This document shows, piece after piece, positions 62,501-64,000 of a DNA stretch of 64,000 bases (the stretch's first letter is position 1; every line of letters begins with the position of its first letter). Both the position numbers and the translations under genes were made by a program. The stretch comes from Phoronis australis (taxonomy: Eukaryota; Animalia; Phoronida), in assembly GCA_002633005.1 (NCBI GenBank), contig NMRA01000047.1, positions 312,913-376,912 of the forward strand. Reading direction: 5' to 3'. The notes under the pieces are model-generated. The model made no database searches, was not told the DNA's origin, and worked only from the letters and a program-made list of their open reading frames with translations.

Positions 62501-64000
62501 GGTCTAGTTTTGGTAAGTCAGCAGGGTCTCATTTATGCGGATTAAGCACATTTTAGCATTCTCGGCACATAGGTGAGCCTTTGTCTGACAAAGAATATAT
62601 TTGTTTAGTTTGAAGTTAATATTAAAATTAAAATGAATTTTCAAACATCATCAGTTGTTTACAATATAATACAAACCTTGTATTACTTATAAACTGGTAT
62701 ATGTATTGTGTGGTGACTTTTATTGAACTCTGTCCTTGTGCGTCCACATATTTATGTGATTGTGCTCATTGTCGTCATCTCTGTCTGGGTGTCTGGCGTT
62801 CGTAGCTGCATCTCCTACTTCCCTCACAGGATTGTAATGAAATTTTCCGACTGATCTCTGTGGTGCTATAGAGATCCAACAAGCGCTGTGCCTAGTGGCA
62901 ATTTCATTTTTTCAGGTTCCATCTGTTTCTCTGAAGTTCCTTGGCAGTTTTTTATGAAATTTAAGAAATAGCTTTCTTTTTAAGAAACAACATCTTTTGC
63001 TTTTGGTTGGATTTGGCATATTTTGTGACATTTAGTGGCTATTTTATAATGCAAATGAGCACCCCTAGATGCTAAATGTTCGCTGAGCATTCTTAGGTGC
63101 ATTTCAATGCTCTGCGTTGCTTTTGTTAATAATATGGAATGTGCCCAATACTCTTTCTTTGATTTTTCTGAAACTTGTTCAATGAAAGTTTTTATTCATA
63201 TTCTAATAAAAGATCTACTATCTAATATTCATCTGTGTGCTTTAACTTTTGTACTCATTGCTTGTTTCTCAGGTAAGGGCTTGTCATCTAAACTGCAAAA
63301 GGCACAAGATACTCAAGCATTGTATGATTCAGAGCTGAGACAGTTGGCAAGTCTTGTACCAGGTACACCATTGCTTATCAGTTGTGGGTTTGTAAAAACT
63401 TAATTGTTTTTTATACACTTGGAAGTTTTTACTGTGTTTTCAGGTATGTATAAAATCTAATGCTGCATGTTTTATGGGCAATTGCCATCAGTGTTTCCCT
63501 TGTACAAGTTTAATAGTAAGAACGAGCTCAGAGAAGGAGACACCTCTCCAATGCTCAATTGTCAGCCATTAAAACCAAGATTCAAACCCATGTTTCCCAA
63601 ATGGGAGCCTAGAGCTCAAACCACTGGGCCGCACTGTCTAATCATTGAGAGTTGGTATCCTCATGCTCATAAATGTGTTAACAAATTTCTTCATTGAGTA
63701 ACGATTTTTCAGGAGGTGTCACTAGTGAACAAGCTGAGCAATGGCACGAAAATGCAAGGCAGTTCCATTTGAACAGTCATGGAACACGTTTAGGTATATA
63801 TTTTTAACAGTAAACCCCTACCTGAAAGCATCGTAACTTAAAAATCGTCTGTAATTTATCTTAAATTTTACTTAAAGCAAATTTGTATTGTGTTCCACAA
63901 AACTGAGATAATATCTATTCTTATCTTAACTTTAAAACAGCTCAATCTTATCTTAAGTTTGCCTTAACTAACTTAAGAATATGTGTTCTGCTTTTGCCAT

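Larger units (their letters stand above)
52621..63793 (+). mobile_element. Intron-rich KDZ (Kyakuja-Dileera-Zisupton, Kyakuja-like) transposase gene with N-terminal CxC cysteine cluster; one frameshift; continues past the window
   Basis: Exons 52621-52629, 54228-54417, 54678-54928, 55872-55977, 56852-57078, 57349-57480, 59186-59356, 59973-60109, 61183-61285, 61661-61749, 62332-62512, 63273-63362, 63713-63793. Motifs: CVLC..WCQDC..FCSDC..HH..FHAP..W; VVVDLTGRH..FCEC..LVRYGLWPSTPTSPKVAFT (CxC2/CxC3-like); CPACP..SIDGNFGLVRK; CSDFHAG; LDEKGLFGSVCRHE..HGERLGY; FYDIAC; IPIFHSYGHKTGCQ; YNPR..FGLTDGESTERLWSYL (KDZ catalytic core). Exon 61661-61749 is 89 nt between phase-0 junctions and hits TAA. Confidence 0.9.

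Noticed and set aside
62213-62507. ORF-track proteins 62247-62507 (+) and 62213-62476 (-)
   Set aside because: These are wrong frames; the real exon 62332-62512 reads VLYNPR...TDGESTERLWSYL in another plus frame.

Overview
Eukaryotic, AT-rich, intron-containing animal DNA, probably an invertebrate; the species cannot be fixed from sequence alone. By manually threading GT-AG exons with consistent phase I recover: (1) a 14-coding-exon GCNA/ACRC gene (+, 8880-20498; disordered acidic N-terminus, SprT HEMCH metalloprotease, zinc ribbon, HMG-box-like end); (2) a small heat-shock protein with two alpha-crystallin domains (-, 24598-25803), with a canonical HSE and a 668-bp near-perfect foldback transposon (8-bp TSD) in its inferred 5'-UTR intron; (3) a secreted GM2-activator/ML-domain protein (-, 30588-34567); (4) an orphan single-pass membrane protein (-, 47508-50954) whose cytoplasmic tail holds a Cys/His cluster resembling DIRS-type gag zinc fingers plus NPxY, PPxY and PDZ-type motifs; (5) an intron-rich KDZ (Kyakuja-Dileera-Zisupton) transposase (+, 52621 to beyond 63793) with one frameshift. 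Nested in the first KDZ intron is a complete miniature LTR retrotransposon (52908-53529, GTTA TSD) with tRNA-like LTRs, a 45-nt tRNA-Lys(CTT) primer-binding region and a PPT (Helenus-like TRIM). Many small MITEs and hairpins are scattered throughout. A probable start-codon exon of a divergent minus-strand gene lies near 1249-1370. All gene models are hand-built and not confirmed by transcripts or database searches.
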